From Chrysomallon squamiferum (Eukaryota > Animalia > Mollusca): a DNA stretch of 64,000 bases. This document shows, in pieces, positions 26,543 to 41,119 of the stretch. Made by a program: the position numbers and the translations under genes. The stretch covers positions 20,398,001 through 20,462,000 of the forward strand of contig CM022673.1 in assembly GCA_012295275.1 (NCBI GenBank), given 5' to 3'. Below the pieces are notes generated by a model, which saw only the letters and a list, made by a program, of their open reading frames with translations, ran no database searches and had not been told where the DNA came from. Numbering within the stretch: position 1 is the stretch's first letter; each line of letters starts with the position of its first letter.

Positions 26543-27330
26543 CTACGTACCATGCCATGGCTCAAAACAGGGGTGGTACAAAATATTAATTCAAAGATTA
26601 GGGTTGATAATGGTTTGCAACGGAGGCGCATAGACAAAACTAGAGGGTTAAACAAGATTTGTGGTATGGAGTTCCATATCAGAATCAAAACTTGTTCCAA
26701 CTGGGTAAGCATTACCGGCTGGTTCTGGTTACAACGTAAACGTCGTTCCATTTCATCCTAGACATGTTCAGCTGGTGAGAGGTCTTAAAAAGACTGTTAC
26801 AACACGTGCAATATTTGGCCAGTTGTTGTACTTTTGTAATACGATGTTAAATCCCTGGGCTTGAACAAAGGGTAGGACCTCAGATCGAATGATTCATTTC
26901 GGTAGCGTTTACCAGCCAAACTCCCATTAAACGACAAACTCGATCCATCCGTGATTTATGATACCATCTCAAACCATCACACTTCCGCCTCAAAACGGCT
27001 GACGTTAAATAACGCAAGCGTCGACAAACCTGTCCCCTTGACGTCAACATTGTAAATGAAACAACCGAATATTGTTATGTTGTTGAGATGAATCAAATGT
27101 GGACAGCATGCCTTTAGCATGGGTGTTGCCCTTTTGTTGATAACGTTTCCATAATCAGTTTATGAGTTTCGGTGTTTATGCTTGTAGCATATCAACCGAA
27201 TGAAGATACTGGTTTTCAGAAAGATGCGGCATGACGTAATCTTCGTATTCTGTTAAACAGACGAGTTTTTCAGAGCTGCAGAAGTTTAAGCATCCATTGT
27301 GTGATTTTCATTTTCAAAAACAACGTGTGT
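26543..27330 (-). mobile_element. Tc1/mariner transposase relic
   Basis: Minus strand reads DLSPAEHV*DEMERRLRCNQNQPVMLTQLEQVLILIWNSIPQ...LVLSMRLRC, the Tc1 (SP)DLSPIEHVWD...W..IP...L..SM..RC C-terminus. Stops and deletions present; boundaries approximate. Confidence 0.75.
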
Positions 27331-27399
27331 GACTATCATGTGAACCCAACATTACAAGTCACGTCTTTGTGGGTGCTTGTTCCTGGGCTTCCGGACTGG

Positions 27400-28085
27400 T
27401 AATGTGGTTCAGTATCTGCTTCTGAGTACTGTCATCTGAAGTATCACTTTCCACAGGTGGTTGGTTGTTCGTTCATTTCTATGGTATCTATCAACTTCTG
27501 TGTTGTTGTTGTCGGATTAACTCTTTCGGGTGGAGTTACCAGTGTGATACCTTGTCTTTCGGGGTGCAACGCAAAATCGTCACTCCTTATATGATCAGTA
27601 TGTCTATGCCATACAATACCAGGTGTAACTGACACCTTTCTACAACAGACGAGCAAAGTTATCTGTCCATTAAGGATATCTGACATGGGGAATTCGAGTT
27701 ATTATTTCTCGGCGGCTTCGAGCAAAATTCTTGGAAGAATTACATGAAGGACATTTAGGTATCTGCAAGAAGAAAACATTGGCTCGAAGTTATGTCTGTT
27801 GGCCAAACAATGATGAAGAACTTGAAAACGTTTCTAAGCATTTTCTGGTCGTCAGTAGAATAACCCCATACCAGCGGAATCACCTGTATATGCAGATTTC
27901 GCAGATCTGTGCAATCTTTGAAACAAGTATTATATGCTTCAAGATCAAGTAACGGTTCGATTTTGCAAAGACTGTCACAGTTCCTTCTATCCTATCGAAG
28001 GACTCCACAAACAACAACCAATGGAACATCGACAAAACTGTTAATGGGTCACGAACTGAATATTCAGTTGAACTATGAAAAGTCG
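27400..28085 (+). mobile_element. Ty3/Gypsy LTR-retrotransposon integrase relic, rearranged
   Basis: Plus strand: WGIRVIISRRLRAKFLEELHEGHLGICKKKTLARSYVCWPN (integrase zinc-binding region) and LQRLSQFLLSYRRTPQTT..LLMG (integrase C-terminal core). The normally downstream segment KVSVTPGIVWHRHTDHIR is on the minus strand at ~27444-27686. Confidence 0.8.
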
Positions 28086-28109
28086 AGTTCAGACAGTAGA
28101 TTAAACAAG

Positions 28110-28700
28110 ATGGAATTGACCTACAACCAGCTACTGAATAAACTAGTAGCAGTGAAGGGCACATTGAATCCGCACATTATCATGATAGCTTTCGAAATTG
28201 CATCGAAAAATGCATTTTAACGGGTTTTCCTCGGCTGTACTGTGACTGGATTCTTCTTTGATTTGAGCCAATGAAATTCTGGACATGTATAGACAATTTA
28301 AAGTGTGAACAAATAATGAATGAACTGGAAATAAACCAGATGATTGGCGGGGAAGCACCTCAACCACTTCGTCAAAAATACCAAGAGCTTCATTGGGTTT
28401 GTTGAGCCTGGTCATACAGCGTGAAAACCAGCACACCTGGACTATTTGCATGGAATAGCACACAACATAAACTGAAGTGTTAATGAACTCCTAAAGACGT
28501 GCGCTATAGCTGAACTTGTACTTGTGAATCAACTGATGCTATACAGAACTATGGACAGACTGCTCTGAATTTCATTTGAAGTATTAAGAAACTTGTCCAT
28601 ATACATGTATATATGTCGTTATGCCTGACAATCATTACTGGAAGAAAAGGCGAAGGAAAGTTGTCCGGAAGTTGTGATAGGCCCTGTCGAACTAAGGGAG
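28110..28700 (+). mobile_element. MULE (Mutator-like) transposase relic
   Basis: TYNQLLNKL...LNPHIIMIAFEIASKNAF (cf. LNP..IM.DFE.A..NAF). The unit-4 copy retains TVTGCFFHLSQCI; C-terminal YLHGIAHNI present. Confidence 0.7.
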
Positions 28701-28860
28701 ATAACAAATATATAAACTTGATAACATTCGGATTTGCTAGATTTAATTCCCTTAGAAATATTAACTCCAAGAAATGATTGATGTAACAAATTATAATACT
28801 GTTTTAGTGTAGCTTTAAAACCTCGTATCAGTGGTGAAGACGAAAATACATTATTATTAT

Positions 28861-28940
<80 letters not shown>
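28861..28940. repeat. (TAG)n microsatellite
   Basis: Pure TAG run; the equivalent site in unit 4 (52985-53046) is (ATT)n. Confidence 0.97.
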
Positions 28941-29203
28941 TTGTAGATGAAATTGTTCTTTTTGTCGTGCATATACATGTACAACATCTTCTGATAACTA
29001 ATCTTTATTTATCAATATAATTATCAAATATATTAACAATACTGATGCAAAGAGATAGGAAATGGCAGTCATCGAAATATTTTACTGAAAATATCTCAAA
29101 AGTTTATCTGTTGATTTTTTCTTGTGCTTCTATCGTTAGAATATATTTAAACTATTTTGTGTGCAATTAGACCAGCAGTGTATTCATAGGCTATATATAT
29201 ATA

Positions 29204-30686
29204 TACTGTGCCAAATAAGTTTACAATTACATAAAAGATAAGAAATACAGACAACCTAATTGGATGGTTAATTTATTTTATTGATACAGCATTTCTGAAT
29301 GTAACCAGCAGTAATACGTTGTCACGGTGTCATCGTCGTTACTTTAATGTCACCTGATGAAACGGAGGGCTACATCTACCAAAATGGGGAAACAGGCTCA
29401 CCAGTGAGTGTGTGCACCAACGGCACTGATGACAGCAGTACATGGTCGTCTCATGCTTCTAATGAGAGTATTAATCTATCAGTAACTGTGTTCCATTCTC
29501 GGTTCTCTTAATTTGTAGTCATGGATATTAAGATATGAGAATGCTTTTCGTGTACCATACGGCCATGTAGCACCCATGCATGGTCAATTGGGGACAAGTC
29601 AGGAGACTTTGGTGGCCAGTTCAATACTTATATGGGTTCCCGTTGAAGAAGATTAGTGGTTAGCCTAGAGGTATGTGGTCTAGAGTTGTCATATTGCAAC
29701 AGAAAGCCAGAATGCTGCTGTAGGAATGGAAGGACCACTGGTGTAGTGATATCACAGTAACGTTGAACAGCCATGTTTCCGTGAATGAAAAAAGATCTGT
29801 TTTACCTCCACCATGAATGCCGGCCCATGACGCTGCCACCGCCATATAGGTCATCCTGAATGACGTCTGCATGATATCATTCTACCCCTAACGTCAGTAC
29901 ATTACGCCTACAATCCGCAATCTGAACCTAAAACCTGGATTCGTCTGTGAAATATGTCTGATCTCAATGTCTGCGTCGCCAATGTCGGTGTATTCTGGCC
30001 TATCTCAGACGTTGCTGAGTGTGACGCGCTGTCAGGGAAACAAGCTACAACAGGGCGACGTGCTTGTAATCCAGCAGCATGAAGACGGATACGGATAGTT
30101 TGAGCATGAATTCTAGTACCTGGTAGTCTGCTGCAATGTACGAGCTAAACGTGGAGCACTTTCCAACCTGTGACGTCGAGGTGACGTCACTAAATATCTA
30201 TCTTCTCTTGGAATATTTAATCACGGTCTACCAGAACATCTATCTTCTCTTGGAATATTTAATCGCGGTCTACCAGAACGTGGTCGATCTCGCACTAGCC
30301 CAGTTTGGTGTACGCGTCATCGGAGTCGTGATCCGTACATTCGTGTATGCGTTGGCCGCCGTTAAGGCGTCCCATTGCTTCATGACATTGATTTTCCGAC
30401 AAGCCTGGACGGCGACCCATTATAACAGGATAAATTCTTCCTTTTGTTTTGGACAATGTTGGTTCAGTGCATCAAAATATGATTTCAATATCCGCATTGA
30501 GCGTGCTTTTCTGACAACACGAGCGCACTGTTTTTGCAGGTGCAGTAGACATAACGGCGTGCGAGATTCTCAAATGGTGTTCTATTCATTACCCAAAGCT
30601 ACAGGGCATTACCAAGTTTTGTCACTTTAATTTATTTGGAAGCAACATTCATTTGCAAAAACTTGCTAAACTTTTTTGGTTAAGTA
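29204..30686 (-). mobile_element. Near full-length decayed Tc1-family transposon with TIRs and TA target duplication
   Basis: Ends TA|TACTGTGCCAAATAAGTTT and TTGCTAAACTTTTTTGGTTAAGTA|TA are imperfect inverted repeats. Minus-strand motifs: MGRRPGLSENQ, RPRSG/RPR, YFTDESRF, GGSVM, QYDNSRPHT, WPPKSPDLSPIDHAW, LIRSMRRPCTAVI. Multiple stops and frameshifts. Confidence 0.88.
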
Positions 30687-31021
30687 TATCCATACTTATG
30701 AAATTCCTAATAACATTTTCAAATCCTGAATACTGTATCTGTTTATTGATTTGCTTAGTCTGTAATGTTTTAACGCCGTTACAGTCTATTCCCAAGACGT
30801 CTCTGTTTGTGACGTTTTACATTTCATCAATAATTGCACAATACATCTTCATATGTGTCTGTTGCACTAGTCGCTATTTCATATAGTGTATGATTTGTTC
30901 TGCAAGCAAAGGTTGTGTCTTCAAGATCTATAGCTATATCGCTCTTCTATATATATTTATGTATACATTTGAAATTAACTATCTAATATCAGTACCTTTC
31001 GATTAGTAATAATAATAATAA

Positions 31022-31052
<31 letters not shown>

Positions 31053-31182
31053 AAGAAAAATAATAATAGTAGTAGTAGTAATAGTAGTAGTAGTAGTAGT
31101 AGAAATAATTGTAGTAATATTAGTTGTAGTTATTACTATAGATAGGTGATTCTTTATTGTTTTCGTTTCTTTTTGTTTTCAG

Positions 31183-32119
<937 letters not shown>

Positions 32120-33542
32120 TCGTAAATATTTTCGAGATTTTCACTGCTTTTAGACGGAATAAAGGATAATCGATGATAATAAAACACACGCGCGCGTACA
32201 TCCAGATAAACAAAAAAAATCAAACATTTTAACGAATTTTATTAACTGTTTATTACAGCGTGATGTTGTCAAAACCATATGATAACACGTAGATGATTTT
32301 TGTTATAGTTTGCAGAATGGGTTTAATAATTACAAAGAATGGGCAAATACGAATACTAGATTTTCATTTTATTGATGTAATTATACTTTTGTCACATTTT
32401 AATTCCTTCAGACGCAAGTCCTGCCCGTCGAGAAATAAAGATAAACTGGATGCAATAGAATATCAGAGAAGAAAAAATGATGTCATCGTACTTAAAACGG
32501 CGCAAACACAAATATTTAATACGAAAACTCTCTCGTTAATATAGGGATTTAGTTCATATGCGAATCACTGAAGATTGGTACCTTCTCTTTCATTTCACAT
32601 TTAATAGCTGTTTTATTTCTCTTCATAACTGGAGGTTTTTTTTCCTCTTCTTTGTTCATAACATTTTAGTGTGGATGATCTAAAAAGACAGCCATTTTGT
32701 TTCACGCTATCTAATTTACAACAAGTTCGTATTTTTAGTTAAATTCAGTCTAAAATATTATCTGTTAATTCGTGTTACTGGTGACTGTGTTGTTACACCA
32801 CTGTTTAATGAGATTTCTAGAATCACAATGTTGTTGGGTTGTTGTTGTTGTTTCTTCTCTTTTTTATAAAAAAATCGGTAAAATACGGCATCATTAAATT
32901 TATACAGAGGTAATGAAATGTGCCGAGTAATAAAAAAGAATAGGTCATCGGTTTTCCGGATCGAAGAATGAAAGAAAATAAAAATAATGTTCCATAACTG
33001 ACCCAGATTTATTTCTTAGCTGTAAAATGTCTGGTAAAACATCTGATCTAATCGTGATAATAATTATCTTATTCTCGCTCTTTTCTTGCTGTATATTATC
33101 ATTAGTCTTTCTCTTCTGCTCTTTTATTTAGACTATTTTTTTTTAATCAAAAAAATGTTTGTTTAACATCGACAGGAAATTTTTTTTTTTTATTCTAAAT
33201 AACGATATAACTTTTTTTTTTTTTTGCAGATTTTCGTCCCTGCAGATATATCTTTTCCAATAAACTCATAAGACTTTCTTCTATACAAATATTATAATCT
33301 TTTGTGGTAATAAGAAAAGAAATCTGCCGATATACCAACGCCAGAAAGAATTTGTTTCATGTATGTTATCATTACCATAAGCAGGAAAATCTTTAGTAAA
33401 CCTTTAATAAACATTGCTTATTATCGTAAATATATTTGAGTTTTCCTTAATTAATATTATTTTTAAAAATAAAAGAAATAACTGGTAAATAGGTTTCAAA
33501 TGTAATTATTTTGATTTAACATTTGTAAAATAATAATAATAA

Positions 33543-33577
<35 letters not shown>

Positions 33578-33589
33578 AGAAGAAGAAGA

Positions 33590-33900
33590 GATGCCTCCCC
33601 ACTTGACCTAATTTCAAGCTAAAAGTTTCCCAAATGATCTAAGAAAGAGGATTAGCTTTTACATAACTGATCCAATTCTTAATACTCACCAGACTGTGTG
33701 GGTCGTACAAACGTGTCGTAGAGATGCATGGACACTTACAGATGCAAACTCCTTATTTTCGCTACCATCAACAACATGGAATATATACGGTGATGACGTC
33801 ATCTATACTAATGCACTTTCATGCCCACGACTGTAGCTACAGACCTTTACTTTTCATGCGGAAGTCCAAAGCATCATGAACTCTCTTAAGCTACGCACTG
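33590..33900 (+). mobile_element. Second MULE transposase relic (N-terminal DDE region)
   Basis: LLIFATINN..YGDDVIYTNA(L/T)F; the unit-4 equivalent reads LLVFAIMKNLGSLYGDNFIYTDGTF, the MULE 'IFAT..NL..L....DGTF' motif. Confidence 0.5.
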
Positions 33901-34696
33901 AAAACCCAGGCACATTGGTCATATTAATCCGGTACAAGGTTTGAAACGAACTCTCCCAATTACTCAAATAGTGTAATAGCCTATTACATAATTCCTATTT
34001 CATCTAATAATATTTCAGTCCCTACTGAAACGTTCAGATCTAGTGGGATGACACGTCACAGGAAGTGAAGAAACTTAGTACAAGGACTTGGAAACAGAAA
34101 CTAAACATATGTCTGAAATGAAAACACTGAAAGTTTCACTTGTAATGGGTAGATCTGGACTAACATAGAAGGGCCTGGAGAAACACATCAGCATAATCTA
34201 AAGCATAATCTATTCCATAAAAACATATAATTGTTTTCATAGAAGTATATAATACATGCCAGAAGTATATAATAAATTTCATATAACTACTTAATAAAGT
34301 TAGACAATAATATAAACCGCATATGTGTATTAAAAAAAACACTCATTTATTTTTGTTTTTATTAGCTATTCGTGATTCATCTGTATCGAGATTTTTGTGT
34401 AATTTTTACTTTTCAAAGTAATTATCTGACACTATTGATTTCTTGGTGAAAAAGAAAGCCTGTTACTTCGACATCTGACAAGACACATAACTTGATGCAA
34501 TTTTATATTTAAAATAAAAGAAAGATGCAATAACGATTACCAAGAAGATAGTCTTTAATCAGAGTTTGACCTCAGAATTAATTCTGTAGGCAAGATGTTA
34601 TTTTAAAAAATATATACAATTAATACTTTTGATTATGAAGTAAATTTTAAAGTGTAAAATGATACTGAGTAAGTGGTCAGTGATTTCATTTTTTCT

Positions 34697-34807
<111 letters not shown>

Positions 34808-35531
34808 TGTTTGTTTTTATATGTGTGTGGCCAGCTGACTAAGCTACATGTACATTAAACAATGAATGAATAAAATAAATGTAACAAATGATAATGAGCA
34901 TAATTGTTATGCCATAAACTAAGGTTTTATAGTCCCTTTAATTGACAAACATCATCTAGATGCATATTTGTCTGTCTGTACGACGTTTAATGTGCATACA
35001 AAAAAATGTGCTTCTCTTCTCAGACACAGGAACAGCGCTAAACTCAATCAGTTGTAACAGATTCCTACTCAAGACAAAGATGTTAAATAAATAAAGAAAT
35101 TACTAATTTTGACATGCTTTCAAATCTTCGGTATATTACTTTTATGTGTTGGAATTCTACCAAAACTGTTTAACGCGACCAACCATCAAGTGAATCCTTC
35201 TGACCACTGTAAATTACATGGACCATATTATATCTTAATTTTTATGAACAGTAAGTTTGAACTATACCATCGATCTACACGTACAGATTAAGTGTCTTGT
35301 TTATTGAGTCAAAGTTTTCAAATGGTATCATAAAAATTTAAAAACATAAATTTTGCAGCAAATTAGATAATGACCCCAATCCCCATTTTTGTAATGGTCT
35401 TGCATTCATCCAAGAAACTTTCTGTTACAAAAGGAAAAGAAAAATCGAATATATCTTTGAAATGTATATATAAAAAAATTATTTAAAAAAATCGAATAAT
35501 AGTATTTTTATAAATCGGGCTCATAATTATA

Positions 35532-35609
<78 letters not shown>
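35532..35609. repeat. (ATT)n microsatellite
   Basis: Pure ATT run; similar runs at 43725-43785 and 44400-44494. Confidence 0.95.
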
Positions 35610-35611
<2 letters not shown>

Positions 35612-37069
35612 AGTCATAAAAACAACAATTACAACCACAACAACAGCAATAAAGGCCAACAAAAACAAAAATTGAAACTGAATTCTGATTTGTTTTGCAG
35701 AGTATGCCGATCCGAATGTTGGAGAATTATTTAAATTTTAATTTTTATTTTGATATTTTTTTTAATAGAAATAAAACAACAAATATAAGGTCTACTTCTT
35801 CAAACTGAAAAATTGTAGTCCTTGATATTCCTAACACCTAAATATTATTTCAATTAAAAATAATTATAAAGTCGTGTTTTTGACAGAATATATAGATTAT
35901 CGCAATTATTAACAGTATTTGTAACAGCTACCTTTGAGCTTTGATCTTGGATGAGGGTAAACCTGAAAGTTGTAGTAGAAAGGAAGCGGCGTGCGGAAAG
36001 CGGTATTCCGCTGTACAGTCTAAATATGCGACTGGATCAGGACAGTGTCATTTGTCACAGTTTGATTCCTTCAGAAACAAGTCCAACCGTTCTAAAAATT
36101 CTGCAGGAACATTTCTTTCAACAGTGACGTCATAATAGCCCATATGCCGTTAGCGCCGACACTAAAGTTAATAAATATACAATAAACCTGTTTATTGCAT
36201 GTTCATGGCAATATTAATTTTCTTTCATAGCTCTAACAGGAAACATTTTAGTCACATTAGTACTCTGTCTGAAGCCAGTATCGATACTGGCTTAACAGTA
36301 TTTATAAGTATTGTGAAGAAAGAACTGGATGTTGTCTTTGATAGTAAATACTTTGTCCGAATAATCTCTATTATATTTATATAAAACCTTTACCTGCATG
36401 ATAAGGAACAATAGTGTGACGATCATTTCTACACGAGTGAACACGTTATTTTATCATTATTATTACTTTTTTTATAGCAGCAGAAAAGAAATGTATTGGA
36501 TTTTGTAAAATTCTTTAACAGTGAAGGAATATTCAGATGACCCAGTCGGAGTGTAGTGCCTGTCCCTTAAACAAACTTTCCTTCCTGCGTCAGAGGAAAA
36601 GGTGACAAACAGAAAGGTTACTTTCCTAAATGAATTTGGCTAAGAAAAGACATGACCTAAATGTCCAGACCCATACCACCTAGAGCCAGAACTGCCACAT
36701 GTAAGGAAATTGTAATATTAATATTATGAGTTAATTATAAAGCATAGCTGAAATACATGAGACAGAGCTGTGGGTGAAGACGCTGCTAATTCTGAAACTG
36801 TTAGAAATCATAATAACATGTAACAAAAATCAAAATTGAAAAGGAAAACAAAAGTTGCTGCAACGTTATATCTCTCTGTAAATAAATGGCAGTTCGCTAA
36901 CACTAAGTTATAAAATACTGTTCTATCATTTTTCGTTTGTAAAATGCCAAACTATTCTGCTGTTTTATTTGATGCTTGAGCGAGAAACCATTCTGATTTA
37001 TAACTAGATGAATAATGCATAGCTAGTCTTCCATTTATTGAAATGATAAATACAAATAGACACATGACT

Positions 37070-37270
37070 ATTTAGTAGGCGGAGTTTATTTTCCGAATAT
37101 AAAAGCATTCATTTTGAATATCAGTTGTGTTGCAGCATCTCAAATTAAAATAAATAAATAATTAACAAAGACCATTTCAATCTTCTGTGGATATTGGAAA
37201 AACGTTCATTTTCTTTTACGACAGTGCATCTGTAAGTAGGTAACGCAGAGTAGTAGAAAGCTGTAAGTAT
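37070..37270 (+). promoter_or_regulatory. Putative core promoter and 5'UTR exon of GPCR copy 3
   Basis: GC box AGGCGGAGTT 37077, TATAAAAG 37098, initiator-like TCAGTT 37121, donor GTAAGT 37263; acceptor tttttcag ends at 38060. Confidence 0.45.
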
Positions 37271-37577
37271 TATAATGACTTTTATAAATGTGACTTAAAA
37301 GCGTATGTAGACAATAATTTAATGAAGAAATAACGTATTTTTTATAAATGTAATAGAAAACGGTATTTATCATAAATGCAAACTGCTTTTATGTTGTTGG
37401 TTTTGCTGTTTTTGTTCTTGGCAATGATGTCGTTGTTGAAGAGTTTTCGTTTATAGTTCAATTTCGAGTGTTTTTTCATGCTTAAATCTTGCGATAATTA
37501 ATTTTCTTTGGAATTGTTAATAACAGATACAACTGAATTTTTGATTTTTGATTTTGCATTTTGCTAGCAACACTGTC

Positions 37578-37715
37578 AAGTATATTGTATAATCAGTATT
37601 TAGTCATCTAGCAAAGTATATCGCATTATAAGTATTTAATCATCTACCCTAGTATATTATATTATCACTATTTAGTCATCTTCCCAAATATTTCTTATTT
37701 TTCAGTATTTATCCA
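37578..37715. repeat. Degenerate ~36-bp minisatellite (about 4 copies)
   Basis: Repeated (tc)agtattta(g/a)tcatct...agtatatt..atta motif, unique to the unit-3 GPCR upstream region. Confidence 0.7.
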
Positions 37716-38073
37716 GATATGATTATATAAAAATAATTCATTACGAGGCATCTTTATTAATTAATCCTGCATCTGAAAACACTAATAACGCGCTATTTAA
37801 AGTTAAATGAGATTTTATTTTTCAAGTAAATTACCCTGGATGCGTCTGTATTAAATATTAATGATACTAACATGATAAACCACTTCAAAATCCAAATGGA
37901 ATCCTTATAGCTCTTAGTAATACAAACTTTATTATAATTATGATCACAAATATTTATAGTTTGACTCTTGTTTGTGACAGAATTTTGTATTTCTTTTTCT
38001 GAATTTGTTCAAAATATTTACTGTACATCTTTACACGTATCTTACTGACTGCTTTTTCAGGTTCAGTATAAAG

Positions 38074-39090
38074 ATGAGCAGCGAGGAATATGACTGTGAA
38101 GCTATTTACAACGAATTAGCAGCTTCTTCACCAGCGCCATTGTCTGACACTCAGACAGATCTCTATTGTGTATTTCAGCTCTTCTTTATTGCTGTTACAA
38201 TAACTGGTAACAGTCTCGTTATAACATCTATATTAAAATTTCCTTATCTGCGCAAACGTCAGAACGTCCATGTTGCAGTTCTGGCTCTAGCAGATATGGA
38301 TTTGACAATTTTCGTCATGCCTCTTCACGTCTATGAAAGATGGAATGGAAATTTTGATTTGCCACAATGGGTTTGTGTCTTCAGAAATATTTTTGATGCT
38401 ACTTTGAACCAGATATCCATCTTAAATCTGTGCATTCTTTCTGTCGAGCGCTATCTTGCTGTTTGTCGTCCTTTCACACATCAGAAAATTACTCCTACCA
38501 TGACCACATGTACAGCAATTTTTAGCTGGGCTTTTCCTTTGTCTACTATGGCTGTTTACTTCGGGACTGGAATGAACATGATTGGCCTGGAAGATTATAA
38601 CTTTTGTCTTATGATAGCAAAAATTTGTCCGTATCTTCAGACTAAATGGAGTGCCTATTTACAAGTTGTGTATGTTGCTGTTGTACCAATGACGATTATT
38701 CTGATCCTTTACGTGAAAATATTCCAGAAGGCAAAAGAGCACGCCCGTGCAATCCGATCTTTGACCGTTACGGAGGATGACAAGAAAAAGAGAAAAGCTT
38801 TTACAGGAAACACCAAGGCAGCTCGTACACTCTCAATAGTTATCGGTGTATTCTATTTCTGTTGGCTGCCTGTTGTCGTTCTTGCTTTGGTGGACGTAAC
38901 CACTGAATACAAGGTCATTCCGCGTATAATTGTAATTTTGTTTGTTTGGCTGGCGTATCTAAACTCTTTGATGAATCCATTCCTGTATTATCTGTTCAGC
39001 CAGGATTTCAAAACAGCTTTCAGACAGATTTTCCATTGCAAGTCAAGAACAGTTAGAGACATCACTTTAACATCTACAAACACTGCTTAG
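38074..39090 (+). CDS. Aminergic/TAAR-like class A GPCR, 338 aa, copy 3
   Basis: ATG at 38074 by homology with copy 1; the ORF track's extra 23 codons run through a splice acceptor. Open 1017-nt frame with D3.32, ERY, CWLP, W7.40/Y7.43 and NPFLY retained. Confidence 0.93.
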   Translation: MSSEEYDCEAIYNELAASSPAPLSDTQTDLYCVFQLFFIAVTITGNSLVITSILKFPYLRKRQNVHVAVLALADMDLTIFVMPLHVYERWNGNFDLPQWVCVFRNIFDATLNQISILNLCILSVERYLAVCRPFTHQKITPTMTTCTAIFSWAFPLSTMAVYFGTGMNMIGLEDYNFCLMIAKICPYLQTKWSAYLQVVYVAVVPMTIILILYVKIFQKAKEHARAIRSLTVTEDDKKKRKAFTGNTKAARTLSIVIGVFYFCWLPVVVLALVDVTTEYKVIPRIIVILFVWLAYLNSLMNPFLYYLFSQDFKTAFRQIFHCKSRTVRDITLTSTNTA

Positions 39091-41020
39091 TAAAAAAAAA
39101 TAATAATAATAAAGTAAAAAAAAAAAACACATGTATTTGAAATATATCATTAGAGAAATAATATTATTTTTATAGTTGTTGTTATTGTTTTTGTTGTTGT
39201 TTCTGTTCTATTTGTCTGATATGTAGAATGTTTTGATTTATAACGTCAATGTTAATAGTTCCGATTAATGATATTTTATGAATTAACATTTCATGTTCTC
39301 ATCCATGTTTATTTTCGATGATGATAATAGTTCAGTTTCGTATACTATATTGTTCTGAACTTTTACCTCACCCTGTTTTTAGTTTTAAAACCCGTTTTCT
39401 AATTATTTTATTAACTGTAAATTTGTTTCCTGAATAATTCTGCATATTTTTGTTACAAATTAATTATGCTAACAACATTAATGCATGTCTGAGCAAATCA
39501 TTAAAGGAAGCGATGATCCAATACAAAATTTAGAGGACATACAACATATATATATCTGTAGCAAGACATAACGATGGTGATTATAACTTCAAACACGTTA
39601 GTGTACAACTTATTAGATTCAGAACTCATTAAGAATCCAAATAAGCGATAACGTTATTCTTCGAAACCTACGTTACCTACATTCTGTATTCTAGAAAGTA
39701 AAAGCTCCGCGCTTATTTTTCTAATTGCATTCACGAGTTTGGGATCAAATATTCCCTAAGTTCTCAAATGGAAATATATGCAGAGACACAAACAATGAAA
39801 TATTATCTTACATTATTTTATAAAAAGTGTTTCATTTATATTTATAATTTTCATTTGTATGTGTATTTATATATATAATTTTCAGAATGGCAGAATGAAG
39901 GAAATTTAAAATAATATTCCATAAATACTATTGACCCAAATTTATTTCTTAGTTGTAAAATATCTGGTAAAACGTCTGAGCTAATAATAACAACAATTAT
40001 TTCATTGTCGCTCTTTTTGCCCTGCTAATTTAGTCTAATCTGATCATTATCATTACTGATTCAGTTCTACTCTTTTATTAAACTTTCTTCATCAAAAAAT
40101 ATGTTTATTTAATGTTTGTCATATGAACAAACAGACTCAGTATATTCTACATACTTCCAGATAATTTGTTTCTCTTTTAGCTATAACGAAGAGTTATAAA
40201 AAAATAAAAAATATCTGGTCGCCGACATATTTTATAGTCACGTGGTATTCAAGTACAGGGTAGATTGATTTTCGTTTCTTGATTTTATTGTCATATTTTG
40301 TTATGTTCGATAATAGATCGCCCAAAACAATCAATAATAATAATGTCGAAATAAAAGTAGTCAATTATGCTCATAACAAAAAAGTAGTTAGGTATAGTCA
40401 TAACAAAATGGTAGTAAAGAAATAATTTTGTATGTGTAGAAATGCACATAACAAAGACATTATTAAACCGTGTTTATTATCATAACATACCATTGATGTT
40501 ATTTAATAAAAGAAAAGAAAAACAAATGATAAATGATTTAAAATGTAATTAATTATTATGGATCAACATCGGTATCGAGATTTTTGTGTAATTGTTACTT
40601 TTCAAATTAAATATCTGACACTATTGATTTCTCAATGAAAAAGAAAGCCAATTACTTCGACATCTGACGTCACATGTGACTTGATGTAATTTTACAGCTA
40701 AAATAAAAGAAAGATGAAATAACGATTACCAAGAAAATGGTCATCTTCAAAGGTGATTTGAGGATTAAATCTGAAGGCAAGAGGGTTTTTTTATTTTATT
40801 TTATTTTATTTATTTATTTATTTATTTTATTTCATTATTATTATTTTGTGTGTGTGTGTGTTTTTGTTGTTTTTTTTTATTAAGAAGGGATTTTTGAACT
40901 GTAATATCATATTAGTAAAAAGGCAAGGATTTCGGAATTTCAGAATCCAATCAGTGACAATTAGTTTTTCACTAAGTAATAAATAATTATAACAAACACT
41001 ACTTTGCAACATAAATAAAT

Positions 41021-41024
<4 letters not shown>

Positions 41025-41117
<93 letters not shown>
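41025..41117. repeat. (AG)n microsatellite
   Basis: Pure GA run. Confidence 0.97.

Positions 41118-41119
<2 letters not shown>

Noticed and set aside
37578-37715. ~36-bp periodic repeat as a CRISPR-like array
   Set aside because: Eukaryotic context, degenerate head-to-tail units with no unique spacers, and no cas genes.
38005-38073. 23-aa N-terminal extension of GPCR3, and the TTG-started 307-aa version of GPCR2 at 22560
   Set aside because: Non-ATG starts from the ORF caller; the extension crosses a conserved splice acceptor, and the GPCR2 start is a by-product of the frameshift.
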